Source: Nitrospinales bacterium (GTDB lineage: Bacteria > Nitrospinota > Nitrospinia > Nitrospinales > VA-1). From it: a DNA stretch of 64,000 nucleotides. The position numbers were made by a program, and so were the translations under genes. Below, piece after piece: positions 19,862 to 30,053 of this stretch. Numbering within the stretch: position 1 is the stretch's first letter; each line of letters opens with the position of its first letter. The notes under the pieces are model-generated. The model saw nothing but the letters and a program-made list of their open reading frames with translations, ran no database searches and had not been told where the DNA came from. The DNA is taken from positions 640,001 through 704,000 of the forward strand of contig CBDCWG010000012.1 of the NCBI GenBank assembly GCA_965223345.1, read 5' to 3'.

Positions 19862-20578
19862 TTAACCTTCCTTGCTTTTGCGCGGGCAACCTTCCAGGAT
19901 CAGCGTGATCTCTCCCTTGAAGGTTCTTTTTTCCGCCAGGGCGATGAGGGATTCCAGACTGCCGCGGATCACTTCCTCATACTTTTTCGTGAGCTCTCTC
20001 GCGAGAACCGCCCTGCGGTCGCCCATGACCGCGTGGAAATCCCGGAGGGTTTTTCCGATGCGGTGCGGGGATTCGTAAAACACCAGGGTGCGCGTTTCCT
20101 TTGCCAGCGCCTCCAGGTGGGTTTTTCTGCCTTTTTTGCGCGGCAGGAAGCCCTCGAAAACAAACCGGTCCATCGGCAGTCCCGAAACCGTGAGTGCGGT
20201 CAGGACAGCGGAAGGGCCGGGGACGGCGACCACCGCGAGGTCCGCTTCGAGCGCCAGCCGAACCAGGTGATACAAAGGGTCCGAAACTCCGGGCGTTCCC
20301 GCATCCGACACCAGCGCGATGTCTTTACCTTCTTTGAGGAGGCGGATGAACTGCGGGCCTTTCTGCGCCTGATTGTGGCTGTTGAAACTCGAAAGCTTTG
20401 CCCGGATCTCATATTTGTTCAGGAGGATCCGGGTGCGGCGCGTGTCTTCGGCGGCGATGCAGTGCACCTGCCGCAACTGTTCCAGCGCCCGCAATGTGAT
20501 GTCCGAGAGGTTGCCGATCGGCGTGCTCACAATGAACAGGCAACCGGCGCTCGCACCCTCATCGCCACCGCTATTCAT
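19862..20578 (-). CDS. rsmI: 16S rRNA C1402 2'-O-methyltransferase
   Basis: STPIGNLSDIT, AAEDTR, VSDAGTPGVSDP, FYESPHR, RELTKKYEE. Confidence 0.96.
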   Translation of the reverse strand: MNSGGDEGASAGCLFIVSTPIGNLSDITLRALEQLRQVHCIAAEDTRRTRILLNKYEIRAKLSSFNSHNQAQKGPQFIRLLKEGKDIALVSDAGTPGVSDPLYHLVRLALEADLAVVAVPGPSAVLTALTVSGLPMDRFVFEGFLPRKKGRKTHLEALAKETRTLVFYESPHRIGKTLRDFHAVMGDRRAVLARELTKKYEEVIRGSLESLIALAEKRTFKGEITLILEGCPRKSKEG

Positions 20579-20763
20579 AGCGGAGAAAACGGGAGTCAAC
20601 ATTACCCCCCAGATACAGAATGGTCTCAAATAACATGGGTTTCATGGTGAAACACAGGCGGGGTGAACTGAAAAAAGGGTGACGCATGGCGTTGAATCCG
20701 GCTGGGGCACTGCGGGGGTGGAGCGCCTTCCCCGGAGCAAACGCCGGGGAAGGCCATGCGGTT

Positions 20764-21168
20764 TCAGGTCGAGGCGGATCCGGCGGCCTCGATTTTTTCG
20801 TTCTTCACCAGTTTGACGATTTTGCTTGTCTGACCGGTCATCTCGCAGTTGCCGTCGAAGATGCCTCCGACTTCGACGTTGAGCGCCGGCGTCTTCACCG
20901 TGCCCACAACCTGGGAACTGGAATGGATCTCGACCCGGTTGGTGGCGTTGATGGTTCCGTCGATTTTCCCTTTGCACACCACGGTGCCCGCGGTGATGTC
21001 CGCGATCAGGTGACCGGTCTCTCCGACGATCAGGGTGTCCTGAGTCGCCACCTGCCCCTCGAACCGTCCATCGATCCGCACGGTGCCCTCAAAGCTTAAG
21101 GACCCGTTGAATACCGCCTCTTCGCCCATGTAGGCTTTGAGGTGCGCCTCCTCCTTTTTCGATGCCAT
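20764..21168 (-). CDS. Bactofilin
   Basis: FNGSLSFEGTVRIDGRFEG...LNVEVGGIFDGNCEM; directly downstream of parB. Confidence 0.92.
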   Translation of the reverse strand: MASKKEEAHLKAYMGEEAVFNGSLSFEGTVRIDGRFEGQVATQDTLIVGETGHLIADITAGTVVCKGKIDGTINATNRVEIHSSSQVVGTVKTPALNVEVGGIFDGNCEMTGQTSKIVKLVKNEKIEAAGSAST

Positions 21169-21202
21169 TGTCAACCCTCCGCTTGACGTAGTTGCCGGCT
21201 TG

Positions 21203-22075
21203 TCAGCCTATTTTTTTAGATATCATCCCCAGAATGCGGTCGAGGTCTTCATTAGAGTAATACGTGATGACCATCTTCCCGCCTTTTTTCTGAGGCGCGA
21301 TCTCCACTTTCGTTCCCAGCTTTCTCTGCAGATCCGTTTCCAGGTTTTTCAGAAAAACGTCCTTGGCCACGGTTTCCCGCTGCGGCTTCGGATTTTTCAA
21401 CTGCCGCACGCGCGCTTCCACCTGCCGCACGTTCAGGTTCTTGCTGATGATCTCCTGGCGCAGCAACTCCAGATCCTTGGGAGACTCGACGCCCAGCAGC
21501 GCGCGCGCGTGCCCCATGGTCAACCTTCCTGCGATCACGTCTTCCTTGATCGCGCCCGGCAGTTTCAACAGCCTCAGGGTGTTGGTGATGGAGACCCGGT
21601 TCTTGCCGAGCCTCTGGCCGAGCTTTTCCTGAGTCAATCCGAATTCGTTCAACAGCCGCTGGTACGCCTCGGCTTCCTCGATGGGATTCAGGTCCTGCCG
21701 GTGGATGTTCTCGATGATCGCCAGTTCCAGAGACTGCGTGTCGCTGGCTTCGCGCACGATCGCGGGAATTTTTTTCAGACCGGCTTTCTTGGCCGCGCGC
21801 CAGCGCCGCTCGCCGACGATCAGCTCATAATTTTTTTTGCCCTTTTGGACAACCACCGGCTGGAGGATGCCGTTCTCGCGAATGGAGACAACGAGTTCTT
21901 CCAGTTTGTCGTCGTCGAAATACTTGCGCGGCTGAAACCGGTTGGGCGAAATCTCGTCCACCAACAGCTCGCCCGCCGACGTTTCGACCGGCGCGGTCTC
22001 GGGAACGCCGAGCTCGAAATCCGGAATCAGGGCGTTGATGCCTTTTCCGAGGGCTTTGCGGTTCATGACACCCAT
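21203..22075 (-). CDS. parB: Chromosome partitioning protein ParB/Spo0J
   Basis: ALGKGINALI, PNRFQPRK, GERRWRAA, IIENIHRQDLNPIEEA. Confidence 0.97.
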   Translation of the reverse strand: MGVMNRKALGKGINALIPDFELGVPETAPVETSAGELLVDEISPNRFQPRKYFDDDKLEELVVSIRENGILQPVVVQKGKKNYELIVGERRWRAAKKAGLKKIPAIVREASDTQSLELAIIENIHRQDLNPIEEAEAYQRLLNEFGLTQEKLGQRLGKNRVSITNTLRLLKLPGAIKEDVIAGRLTMGHARALLGVESPKDLELLRQEIISKNLNVRQVEARVRQLKNPKPQRETVAKDVFLKNLETDLQRKLGTKVEIAPQKKGGKMVITYYSNEDLDRILGMISKKIG

Positions 22076-22869
22076 TCGTCCTTCGCGCCGACTTCGCTCA
22101 TTTCATCTTTGGTTCTCAGAATGACCTCGCGCGCCAGCTCCACATAGGAATCGGAACCCTTGGAGCGGCCCGCATACAGCACCACCGGCTTGCCGTGGCT
22201 CGGCGCTTCGCTCAGCCGGATGTTTCTGGGGATGACGGTCTCCATCAAAAATTCCTTGAAATATTTTTTCACCTGGTCTTTGACCTGGGCGGCGAGCAGG
22301 GTGCGGCCGTCGTACATGGTGAGCAGGATCCCCTCGACGCGCAACTCCGGGTTGAGGGATTTTTTCACCAGCTTCAAGGTTTTCAAAAGATGACTCAAAC
22401 CCTGCAGCGCGTAATACTCGCACTGCATCGGGATCAACACCGAATCGCTGGCCGCCAGCGCGTTGAGCGTCAACAGTCCCAGCGAGGGCGGGCAGTCGAT
22501 GACGATGAAATCGAAATCCTCCTCCGCTCGCTGCAGCACCGAGTGCAGGCGCTTCTCCCGCGCTTCGTGGGTCACCAGCTCGATCTCCGCGCCGGTCAGA
22601 TCCACCGAAGAGGGAATGAGTTTCAAGGTTTCGATTTCCGTTGCGCGCACCACCTCATTCAGCGGCGCCTCCTGCATCAGCAACTCGTACAGGCCCTTGT
22701 CGCCGTCCTGCAGCTCCACACCGAGACCGCTCGAGGCGTTGGCCTGCGGGTCCACATCGACCAGCAGCACCTTGCGGCCCGAAAGGGCGATGCATGCCGA
22801 AAGGTTGATGGCTGTGGTCGTCTTGCCCACACCGCCTTTTTGATTGGCGACCGTTATGATTTTGCCCAT
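22063..22869 (-). CDS. parA: Chromosome partitioning ATPase ParA/Soj
   Basis: NQKGGVGKTTT, DPQANA, IDCPPSLG, IPRNIRLSEAPSHG. Confidence 0.97.
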   Translation of the reverse strand: MGKIITVANQKGGVGKTTTAINLSACIALSGRKVLLVDVDPQANASSGLGVELQDGDKGLYELLMQEAPLNEVVRATEIETLKLIPSSVDLTGAEIELVTHEAREKRLHSVLQRAEEDFDFIVIDCPPSLGLLTLNALAASDSVLIPMQCEYYALQGLSHLLKTLKLVKKSLNPELRVEGILLTMYDGRTLLAAQVKDQVKKYFKEFLMETVIPRNIRLSEAPSHGKPVVLYAGRSKGSDSYVELAREVILRTKDEMSEVGAKDEWVS

Positions 22870-23045
22870 ATCACATTGATTTTAAGGGTAATAGGCCCAA
22901 TGCTAGAATAGCACAAAAAATACCGGCTTCCAACTGAAAATTCGGAGCCTGGATATTGCAAACCGCGGAAAAATTCGGCGAAGGGCGATTTTATCGCCAT
23001 GCGGAATAAAATATTCCCAGAACCTGTTGTTTTTTATTCACTTAT

Positions 23046-23061
23046 TGTTTCACATGAAACG
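23046..23061. promoter_or_regulatory. parS centromere site
   Basis: TGTTTCACATGAAACG, 14/16 match to TGTTTCACGTGAAACA, between rsmG and parA. Confidence 0.85.
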
Positions 23062-23700
23062 GCGCTCAAAAACCATCAGCTTGGAGCGCGGTCCCGGGGG
23101 GGAGTCCAGCGGGATTTCCGCCACCAGCGCGGGCAGGCCCGGGGCGCTCTGAACCGTTTCCGGGACCCCCGCTTCCGGTTCCTTCTGCACGATCATCCGG
23201 CCTCCCGGACACAAAAACGGAGCGGCCCAGCGCAGGCAGTCCGCAAGCGAACCCACCGCCCGCAGCGTCACCGAATCGTAGCGGCCGCGATGCGCCGCGT
23301 CCGCTTGTTCGGCGCGCACGTTCAACACCGTCACCTCCTTGAGCCCAATGCTGCGCACCGCCTGCTTGAGAAAAGCCGCGCGTTTGCGGTGGCTTTCGAT
23401 CAGGGTGACCGGCACCTGCGGCAGCACCGCCTTGATGGGAATGCCGGGGAAGCCGCCGCCGCTGCCGATGTCCAGAATGTTGCGCGGTGTTTCAAGTCCT
23501 CTCAGGTATTGCAGGGAACCGCCGATGTGCCGGTCGATCAAAAGCGCCGCCTCCTTTTCGGATGTGAGGTTGATCCTGGCGTTCCACTTTTCCCATTCGG
23601 CGATGAAACGCAGCAACCGCTCGGCGGCGCTCTTCGGTTCCACGGGAAATCCGCTGTCCTGGGTGTTCGCTTCGATGAGCTGGATCAACCGGTCTTTCAT
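23050..23700 (-). CDS. rsmG: 16S rRNA G527 N7-methyltransferase
   Basis: KWNARINLT, LDIGSGGGFPGIP, LIESHRKRAAFL, RAV; upstream of parA. Confidence 0.93.
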   Translation of the reverse strand: MKDRLIQLIEANTQDSGFPVEPKSAAERLLRFIAEWEKWNARINLTSEKEAALLIDRHIGGSLQYLRGLETPRNILDIGSGGGFPGIPIKAVLPQVPVTLIESHRKRAAFLKQAVRSIGLKEVTVLNVRAEQADAAHRGRYDSVTLRAVGSLADCLRWAAPFLCPGGRMIVQKEPEAGVPETVQSAPGLPALVAEIPLDSPPGPRSKLMVFERRFM

Positions 23701-23877
23701 ATGAAAAGTGTACCATCCGGATTGCGGCGGGACCACACGTGAAAAGGTCACACTTACTATTTGGGCTGGAAAAGCCGGGAGACTCTCCCGGCTCGGGATT
23801 CAGAGTCGAAGAAATGGGAAAGAAGACAACTTTAAGGAAAGAACTGGATGTGGGGCGGGGGGGTACTGGGAAAACGA

Positions 23878-24867
23878 TCAGGCGAGGACCTTGCGGAATT
23901 CCCGGGTCAGGATCGGCAGCACTTCCAGCACATCGCCGACGATGCCGTAATCGGCGATGGAAAAGATGGGCGCGTGCGGATCCTTGTTGATCGCCACAAT
24001 GCATTTGGAGGAGGACATGCCGGCCTGGTGCTGCACCGCACCGGAAATGCCGCAGGCGATGTACAGGTCCGGTGAGACGGTGCGGCCGGTCTGTCCCACC
24101 TGATTGGAATAGGGCCGCCAGCCGTCGTCCACCACGGGGCGGCTGGCGCCGACCGCCGCGCCGAGAACAGAAGCGAGTTCTTCCAGCAGTTTGAAGTTGT
24201 CCGCGCTCTGCATGCCCAATCCCCCGGACACGACAATGCGCGCCTCGGTGATGTCCAGCTGCTCGCCCGCCTCCTTGACGATCTCGCGGATTTTCACCGC
24301 CAGGGAAGATTCCGGCACCTCCACGGGAAACCTTTCGACACCCCCTGTGCTCTCGTGCACCGCATCGTTGCGAAACACGTTCGGGCGCAGCGTGACGATC
24401 TGTGTGCTGCCGCTTTGGAAAACCAGGGTGGCGATGGCTTTTCCGGCATTGACCGGGCGGCGCACGCGCAGGTTGGAATCCGCATCGAACTCGAGCGCGA
24501 TGCAGTCGGTGGCGAGACCGGTCTGCAACCGGGCGGCGAGGGCGGCGGCGAGTTCCTTGCCGTGCACGGTGGCAGCCAGCAGCAACGCTTTCGGCGCGGA
24601 GTCTTTGATCTTCTCGCTCAAAACAGCCAGGCAGGCGGCGCTGTTGTATTGCGCGAGCTGCGGAGAGGTCAAAACTTCCACCTTGTCCGCTCCATTTTTA
24701 AGCAGAACGGCCGTGTCTGGAACTTTTTCCTCCGAACAAAGGCAAAGCGCGGTGACGGCGCCACCGCAGGATGCGGCCAGGGTCCGGGCCGCTTGCACGA
24801 CTTCCAGGCTGACGGGCTTCAGCTCCCCCTCAACGTGTTCGGCGATGACATAAATTTCCGTGCTCAT
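23878..24867 (-). CDS. etfA: Electron transfer flavoprotein alpha subunit
   Basis: [41 protein letters not shown]. Confidence 0.96.
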   Translation of the reverse strand: MSTEIYVIAEHVEGELKPVSLEVVQAARTLAASCGGAVTALCLCSEEKVPDTAVLLKNGADKVEVLTSPQLAQYNSAACLAVLSEKIKDSAPKALLLAATVHGKELAAALAARLQTGLATDCIALEFDADSNLRVRRPVNAGKAIATLVFQSGSTQIVTLRPNVFRNDAVHESTGGVERFPVEVPESSLAVKIREIVKEAGEQLDITEARIVVSGGLGMQSADNFKLLEELASVLGAAVGASRPVVDDGWRPYSNQVGQTGRTVSPDLYIACGISGAVQHQAGMSSSKCIVAINKDPHAPIFSIADYGIVGDVLEVLPILTREFRKVLA

Positions 24868-25118
24868 ACCACCTTCCGCTGTTTCATGTGAGTATTCTCA
24901 TTCAACGTGATCGTCACTTCCCATCGGGCGGATCCGGATCGGCACCGGCCTGATGTCGCGCCGGAAATCAGGAACCGGATACAAGAAGATGGAAGGCGAT
25001 ACTATAGCACTCTGCCATCGCAGGATCAAAACGGGAAAGCGCGGGCGGCATTTCAAATATTAGCCTATTTGGGCATATTTGTGGGCGCGAGGTCAGCCTT
25101 GCCGGAGAGGCAAGCCGG

Positions 25119-25286
25119 TCAGTTGGGGTACTTGCCGGGCGGGCGGAACAGCGGCAGATCGAGGATCCATTCCACGTCCCAGATTTCGCCGACCGTTCCC
25201 AGTGCCAGCAGGAACACGTACAGCAAAAGCAAGGTGAGCCCGAGCTGGGATTTGTATTTTTGAAAGTTTTCTTTAAGGGCGTTCAT
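25119..25286 (-). CDS. 55-aa single-pass membrane protein (below the ORF-track cutoff)
   Basis: Translated by hand: MNALKENFQKYKSQLGLTLLLLYVFLLALGTVGEIWDVEWILDLPLFRPPGKYPN; host-like codon usage. Confidence 0.65.
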   Translation of the reverse strand: MNALKENFQKYKSQLGLTLLLLYVFLLALGTVGEIWDVEWILDLPLFRPPGKYPN

Positions 25287-25354
25287 TCGGGTGGGCGGCG
25301 CTGCGGTTCGTGCAACGCGTGGGGTTGTCGTTTGCTATCTACGGATTGAAGTCT

Positions 25355-26143
25355 TCAAACCAGTTTTTCGTCTTCGCGCAGGATCCTCACGAGCTGCGGG
25401 ATCGTCTCCGCGTGCGGTCCCTCGAGCACCCTGCCCTTCTTGCGCGCATCCGGCAGCGACAGATCGACCTGGCGGATGCGGTTGCCGCTGACTTCTGGCC
25501 CTGCGTCGGGGAAAGCCAGCGCGGCGCGGTCCAGCACCTGGATCGTCTTTTTCTTGGCAGCGATGATACCCTTCAGCGCCGGCAGCCGCGGCTCGTTGAG
25601 GCCCTTCTGACAGGTGCCGACGAATGGCAACCGGGTTTCCAGTACCTCGCTGCCGCCTTCCACTTGGCGGGTCACCACCGCCTCTGGGTTGTTATCGGAA
25701 ATTTCCAGCTTCGTGATCACCGAAATAAACGGAATGTCGAGCAACACCCCGAGCGCGGGGCCCACCTGCGCCAGGTCGTCGTCCACGGCCTGGCGGCCGC
25801 AGAGAATGAGATCGTGTTTCAGGGTTTTGAGAGCCTGCGCCAGCACCTGCGCCACACCGAGATTGTCGAGCCCCTCGAAGGTGGGGTCCAGGCAGTGGAT
25901 GGCCTTGTCCGCGCCCATGGCGAGCCCGGCCCGGAGTGTGTCCTTGAATCCTTCGGGTCCGAGGCTGATCAGGGTGACCTCGGTGTCGGAGATGCGCTCG
26001 CGGATGCGGAGGGCTTCCTCGACCGCGAATTCATCGTAGGGGTTCATGACGCGCGGACTGCCGGCGGCGTCGATCGCCCCGTCCTTGATGCTGATTTTGG
26101 CGGCGGTGTCCAGGACCTGCTTGATACAAACGACGATCTGCAT
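25355..26143 (-). CDS. etfB: Electron transfer flavoprotein beta subunit
   Basis: MQIVVCIKQV, MNPYDEFAVEEAL, GRQAVD, NEPRLP. Confidence 0.96.
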   Translation of the reverse strand: MQIVVCIKQVLDTAAKISIKDGAIDAAGSPRVMNPYDEFAVEEALRIRERISDTEVTLISLGPEGFKDTLRAGLAMGADKAIHCLDPTFEGLDNLGVAQVLAQALKTLKHDLILCGRQAVDDDLAQVGPALGVLLDIPFISVITKLEISDNNPEAVVTRQVEGGSEVLETRLPFVGTCQKGLNEPRLPALKGIIAAKKKTIQVLDRAALAFPDAGPEVSGNRIRQVDLSLPDARKKGRVLEGPHAETIPQLVRILREDEKLV

Positions 26144-26281
26144 GGCTCTCACAAGGCGTGTTGCAACGAGCGGGCATTATCGCATTGTTGTGTGCAAATG
26201 CAAAGGCGGAGAAAAGATGAGGGAAATTCAACGGAAAACAAAAGGGAAGGAGGGCGGCCTGTTTCACGGTGAAACAAACCA

Positions 26282-26623
26282 TCACAGCGTGCGTGCGATC
26301 TTCTTCAGGGCGGCCTGCACGTGGTCGGCCACCGCCTGACTGCTGATCTTCATGGCTTTGGCGGCGCGGTTTTTGCGCACGCCGCCGAAAAACACCAGGC
26401 TCACGGCGATCAACTGCCGGTCGGTCAGCTCCAGCCCGTTCAGGTCCAGGTGCAGGTCCTTCAAGTGGGCGAATTCCTTGCGGGGAGCGTGGCCGCTGCC
26501 CGGGTTGCCGCGGAAAATGGCATCGCCCATGGAAGCGATCACCTCCGGAGGCAGAAAACGCAGTTTCTGATCCCAGCCCGAGTCTTCACCCGGATCGTTT
26601 ATCGGGTCTTCATCGCGTGTCAT
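26282..26623 (-). CDS. Small protein with sigma-70 region-4-like HTH (candidate late-gene regulator)
   Basis: C-terminal LTDRQLIAVSLVFFGG....RAAKAMKISSQAVADHVQAALKKI. Confidence 0.7.
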   Translation of the reverse strand: MTRDEDPINDPGEDSGWDQKLRFLPPEVIASMGDAIFRGNPGSGHAPRKEFAHLKDLHLDLNGLELTDRQLIAVSLVFFGGVRKNRAAKAMKISSQAVADHVQAALKKIARTL

Positions 26624-27044
26624 CGTCGATCCCCTTCCGCTGCAGATAGTGTTGGAATTCGCTCTCGTCCTGCAACACAAAATACAAAAACCATTGCGGC
26701 GGGTGCACTTCCATCAGATCCCGCTTGAGCGCGGAAGGCAGCGCATCGGCCGGACCCGCTACCGGAACGCCGTTGACGAAATTTTTGTCCTGCCGGCTCA
26801 TCACCCGCCAGTATTCGCGCGCGGTCTTGAAATGAAACCAGAGCACATCGAGCGGGATCTGTTTTTGATAGACGAAATTTCCGCAGTAAAAACACTTCCA
26901 GCCGACCGCATCGGGAATCAGCCCCACCCGGCCGCAGCCGCGTTTGAGCTTTTCGCCATTTTCCAGAACGATGCTCTTGGGCCGGCAACGCAGCCACGGC
27001 CCCAAAGGCGAGCGGTTCCTTCCCGGCCCTTTCACAACTCTCAC
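26610..27044 (-). CDS. Hypothetical protein with probable zinc ribbon
   Basis: LRC..RGCG..WKCFYCG; GTG start overlaps the upstream TGA; its stop overlaps the next gene's start region. Confidence 0.6.
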   Translation of the reverse strand: MRVVKGPGRNRSPLGPWLRCRPKSIVLENGEKLKRGCGRVGLIPDAVGWKCFYCGNFVYQKQIPLDVLWFHFKTAREYWRVMSRQDKNFVNGVPVAGPADALPSALKRDLMEVHPPQWFLYFVLQDESEFQHYLQRKGIDDDTR

Positions 27045-28397
27045 AGCGTGGCCTCCAGCGCGCGTTTCCCGCCACAATCCCAAAAACCGTCCACAAACGG
27101 AGGCGCAAGCACATGCTGCCTGAATCCGCACAGGGAATGCGCTTCACTCACACCCTGGCAATGCGTGACGAGAACCTGATCCAGCCAGCCGTTATTTTTC
27201 AGCCGCGACAGAAATGCAAGCAGCGGCAACAGAGAGGTGGGTGTCAGCGCGTCCGCTTCCAGACACAGCAGCTTCAGAGTCGGCAACCCGGATCGTTCGC
27301 GCAGGCGCGCGTGCCTGTGCAGCAGCGCCGCCGAAAGAGCCGCGGTGAGGACGAGACGCCAGGCGGTGTCCAGCGTGTGCAGAGGCAGGAAGCGGCCCCG
27401 CAGGCAGCAGCCCATGACGAAACGCTCTCCCCTGCCCTTGATCGCGAACCGGAAATCGCAATAAACGGAACGAAGCAGCGCATCGACTTCTTCTTCCAAC
27501 GCGTTCAAAAAACGCGTCTCGATCCCGCCCAGGATTCCCTTGAACCCGAGCGCTTCGGAAACACTCTTGACCAACCGGCAGCGGGATTCTGTTTGAGCGC
27601 CATGCTGCCTGCCGGTTCTGGATTTCTCCAACCGGATGTCTTGGGCGAGACGGCGTTGCACCCTCTGGATGTTCTGCAAACCAGAGAGCGAATCCAGCCA
27701 GCAGGAAAACGCATCCCACGACGTTATCGACCCGCCTGCCCAAGGCGGTGTCCAACTCATCAAAGCGCTGCAACAACGTTTCGGACAGGCCAGCCAGGGA
27801 CCGGCGGTTCGGCTGCCCCGGTGTTTCCGCTTGCAATGGGGGGTTGTGCTCGGGCAAGGCTTGCCTGAGACGGCGCTTTCCCCAAAACCGCTCGAAAAGC
27901 CGGGCCAGCGTGTGGAAGCGGGTCGATTCTTTGTCCGGGCACTCGGCGGGCAGCACATAGCTGAAAAACCAGTCCCGCCTTGTTTTGCAACCGGGTCCGG
28001 CGCCATCGAGAAACGGGAGTGTGGGAAACAGCACGCCGAGCCGCCGCGTAACCCAGCGGTGGCCTTCTGCATAATTTCTGTCAATCCCGTCGATGCGGAT
28101 GCGGCTTCTGGCTCCCAGGCCGCCGTCCTGCGTGAACACGCGTTCCACCTGCAGGCGGCACCGGTCTGTTGATACAGAAATTTCAACGGTGATTTTGGCG
28201 GATGATGTGAAGCGAAGAATGTCATCGATCTGGTGTGCGCGGCCGGGAATCGAACCGGCCAGGCTCAACTGCAGGGCCTCGATCACCGCCGTCTTGCCGG
28301 CCCCGTTCCGATTGCCGGAGGTGATCAGATCGAGACCGGAAAGCGGCACCTCCAGCGCGAGATCCTTGAAACCAGTTGTCTTTAAGTGCAAATCCAT
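27041..28397 (-). pseudogene. Frameshifted Rad50/SbcC-like ATPase
   Basis: N-half (TGFK, GNRNGAGKT Walker A) in one frame and C-half (LLCLEADAL Walker-B-like, VLVTH H-loop) in another; frames join near 27715. Confidence 0.7.
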
Positions 28398-28498
28398 GCG
28401 CCCGCCTGTGGTTGGCATTCGATTGCAATGAAATGCTATAATTGGGCGGCGTTGCCGCCGCACCGGGCCGAAGAGCCTTTCGTCCCCCTGTGAAAACA

Positions 28499-28527
28499 AT
28501 AATGGGACATTTGTCCCCTTCTGTCAA
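28499..28527 (-). promoter_or_regulatory. Leftward sigma-70 promoter with palindromic operator in the spacer
   Basis: TTGACA-17 nt-CATTAT on minus strand; GGGACATTTGTCCC (28504-28517) spans the spacer. Confidence 0.55.
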
Positions 28528-28544
28528 GTGGTATTTTTCCTTTT

Positions 28545-29435
28545 TTGATGCCGACTCCGGATATCTGGGACCGAATTTCGATGCTTCAGGAGGGCGAACC
28601 CCTCACGGTCTTTTGCCGCAAGGTGGCCCTGAATTATCAGGCCATGAAAAAGAGTTCGCAAAGAAAGACCGCGCCGGACACGCAATCTCTTGAAAAAATC
28701 GCGCGTTTTTTCCGCGCCGACCTTCGCTGGCTGGTGACGGGGGAGCGGCACACGACCCGTTTGAGTCTGCGCGTGGGGAGGAAACTGAAGGAATTTCGCA
28801 AGCACAAGGGCTGGTCGCCCGATGAGCTGGCGGCAAAGCTGTCGCTGAACGCGGACGTCCTGCAAATGTATGAAAAGGGGATCGGCCAGATTCCCCTGGA
28901 TCTTTTGAACGAGCTGGCAAAAAAACTCGGCGCCGCTCCGCACGAATTTTTACTGGAAGGCGAAGCGCACCCGGCCCGGCCCCCGGAATTCAAAGTCATC
29001 CAGGCGGCGAGCGCGAAACCTGCCATGAAACTGAACGAGGAAGATTTCGTGTCCATCCCGTTGACCGCCTCCTCGATCGCAGCGGGTCATCCCATCATCC
29101 AGGAAAACGCCATCGAGGATTATGTGCTGCTGCACGTGCGCGCGGTGGGAAGAAGAAAGAATCTCGTCGCCAGCCGGGTGGACGGCGAATCCATGGAACC
29201 GATGCTGCGCTCCGGCGACATCGTGGTGATCGACCGCAACGATAAAAAAATTCAAAAGAACCGGATCTATGCTATCTTTTTCGAAGAAGGGCTGACCGCG
29301 AAATACGTCGAAAAACAGAAAGACATGCTCGTCCTGCGCCCCGTCAATCCCAACGCCCAGGTGCAAATCGTCTCCTTGAACGAACATCCCGATCCCGTAG
29401 TCGGCAGGATCATCGGAGCGTGGAAGGAATTGTAA
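28545..29435 (+). CDS. CI/LexA-like repressor (two Xre HTH domains + S24 peptidase)
   Basis: SLEKIARFFRADLRWLVTGE; LKEFRKHKGWSPDELAAKL; IAAG cleavage site; VDGESMEP serine; AKY lysine. Confidence 0.9.
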   Translation: MMPTPDIWDRISMLQEGEPLTVFCRKVALNYQAMKKSSQRKTAPDTQSLEKIARFFRADLRWLVTGERHTTRLSLRVGRKLKEFRKHKGWSPDELAAKLSLNADVLQMYEKGIGQIPLDLLNELAKKLGAAPHEFLLEGEAHPARPPEFKVIQAASAKPAMKLNEEDFVSIPLTASSIAAGHPIIQENAIEDYVLLHVRAVGRRKNLVASRVDGESMEPMLRSGDIVVIDRNDKKIQKNRIYAIFFEEGLTAKYVEKQKDMLVLRPVNPNAQVQIVSLNEHPDPVVGRIIGAWKEL

Positions 29436-29454
29436 AACCCCTCACGCAAACGCC

Positions 29455-29898
29455 ATGAACAACCCCGATTCCGCTTCTCCCAGGGAAGGACTGAAAATTC
29501 TGGTGGCGGACGACACCCCGCTCAACCTGCACCTGGCCAGCAAGCTACTCACCCGCAAGGGGCATCAGGTGGTTGCGGTGGACAACGGGGTCAAGGTCCT
29601 GACCGCGATCGAAAAGGAAATGTTCGACGCGATTCTCATGGACCTGCAGATGCCCGTGATGGACGGCATCGAAGCGACGCAAAAAATCCGCCAGTCGGAA
29701 GCGAGAGGACTGAAGACCAACCGCTCGGCCCCGGAAAAAAAAATTCCCATCATCGCCCTTACCGCGAACGACGAGCGCGGCGCGCACAAAACCTGCCTGG
29801 ATGCGGGAATGGACGGCGTGATTGCCAAACCCATCGAAGTGAAAACGCTGATGGACACCATCACCGCGATCATCGACCAATCCGAATCCTCTGCCTGA
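29455..29898 (+). CDS. Single-domain response regulator
   Basis: ILVADD, ILMDLQMPVMDG, IIALTA, AGMDGVIAKP. Confidence 0.92.
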   Translation: MNNPDSASPREGLKILVADDTPLNLHLASKLLTRKGHQVVAVDNGVKVLTAIEKEMFDAILMDLQMPVMDGIEATQKIRQSEARGLKTNRSAPEKKIPIIALTANDERGAHKTCLDAGMDGVIAKPIEVKTLMDTITAIIDQSESSA

Positions 29899-30053
29899 CC
29901 CGGTCCATCCGCCCAGGGCGACCGTTCCGCCGAACAAAGCCGCACACAATTTCTAAATAATTTGCGCCAAGTTTCAACGCACGGGGGATTTCCTTTGCTT
30001 CGGTTATGCGAAGTATGCTATTGGAATACCGATAACCCAAAAAGGAAACCACC

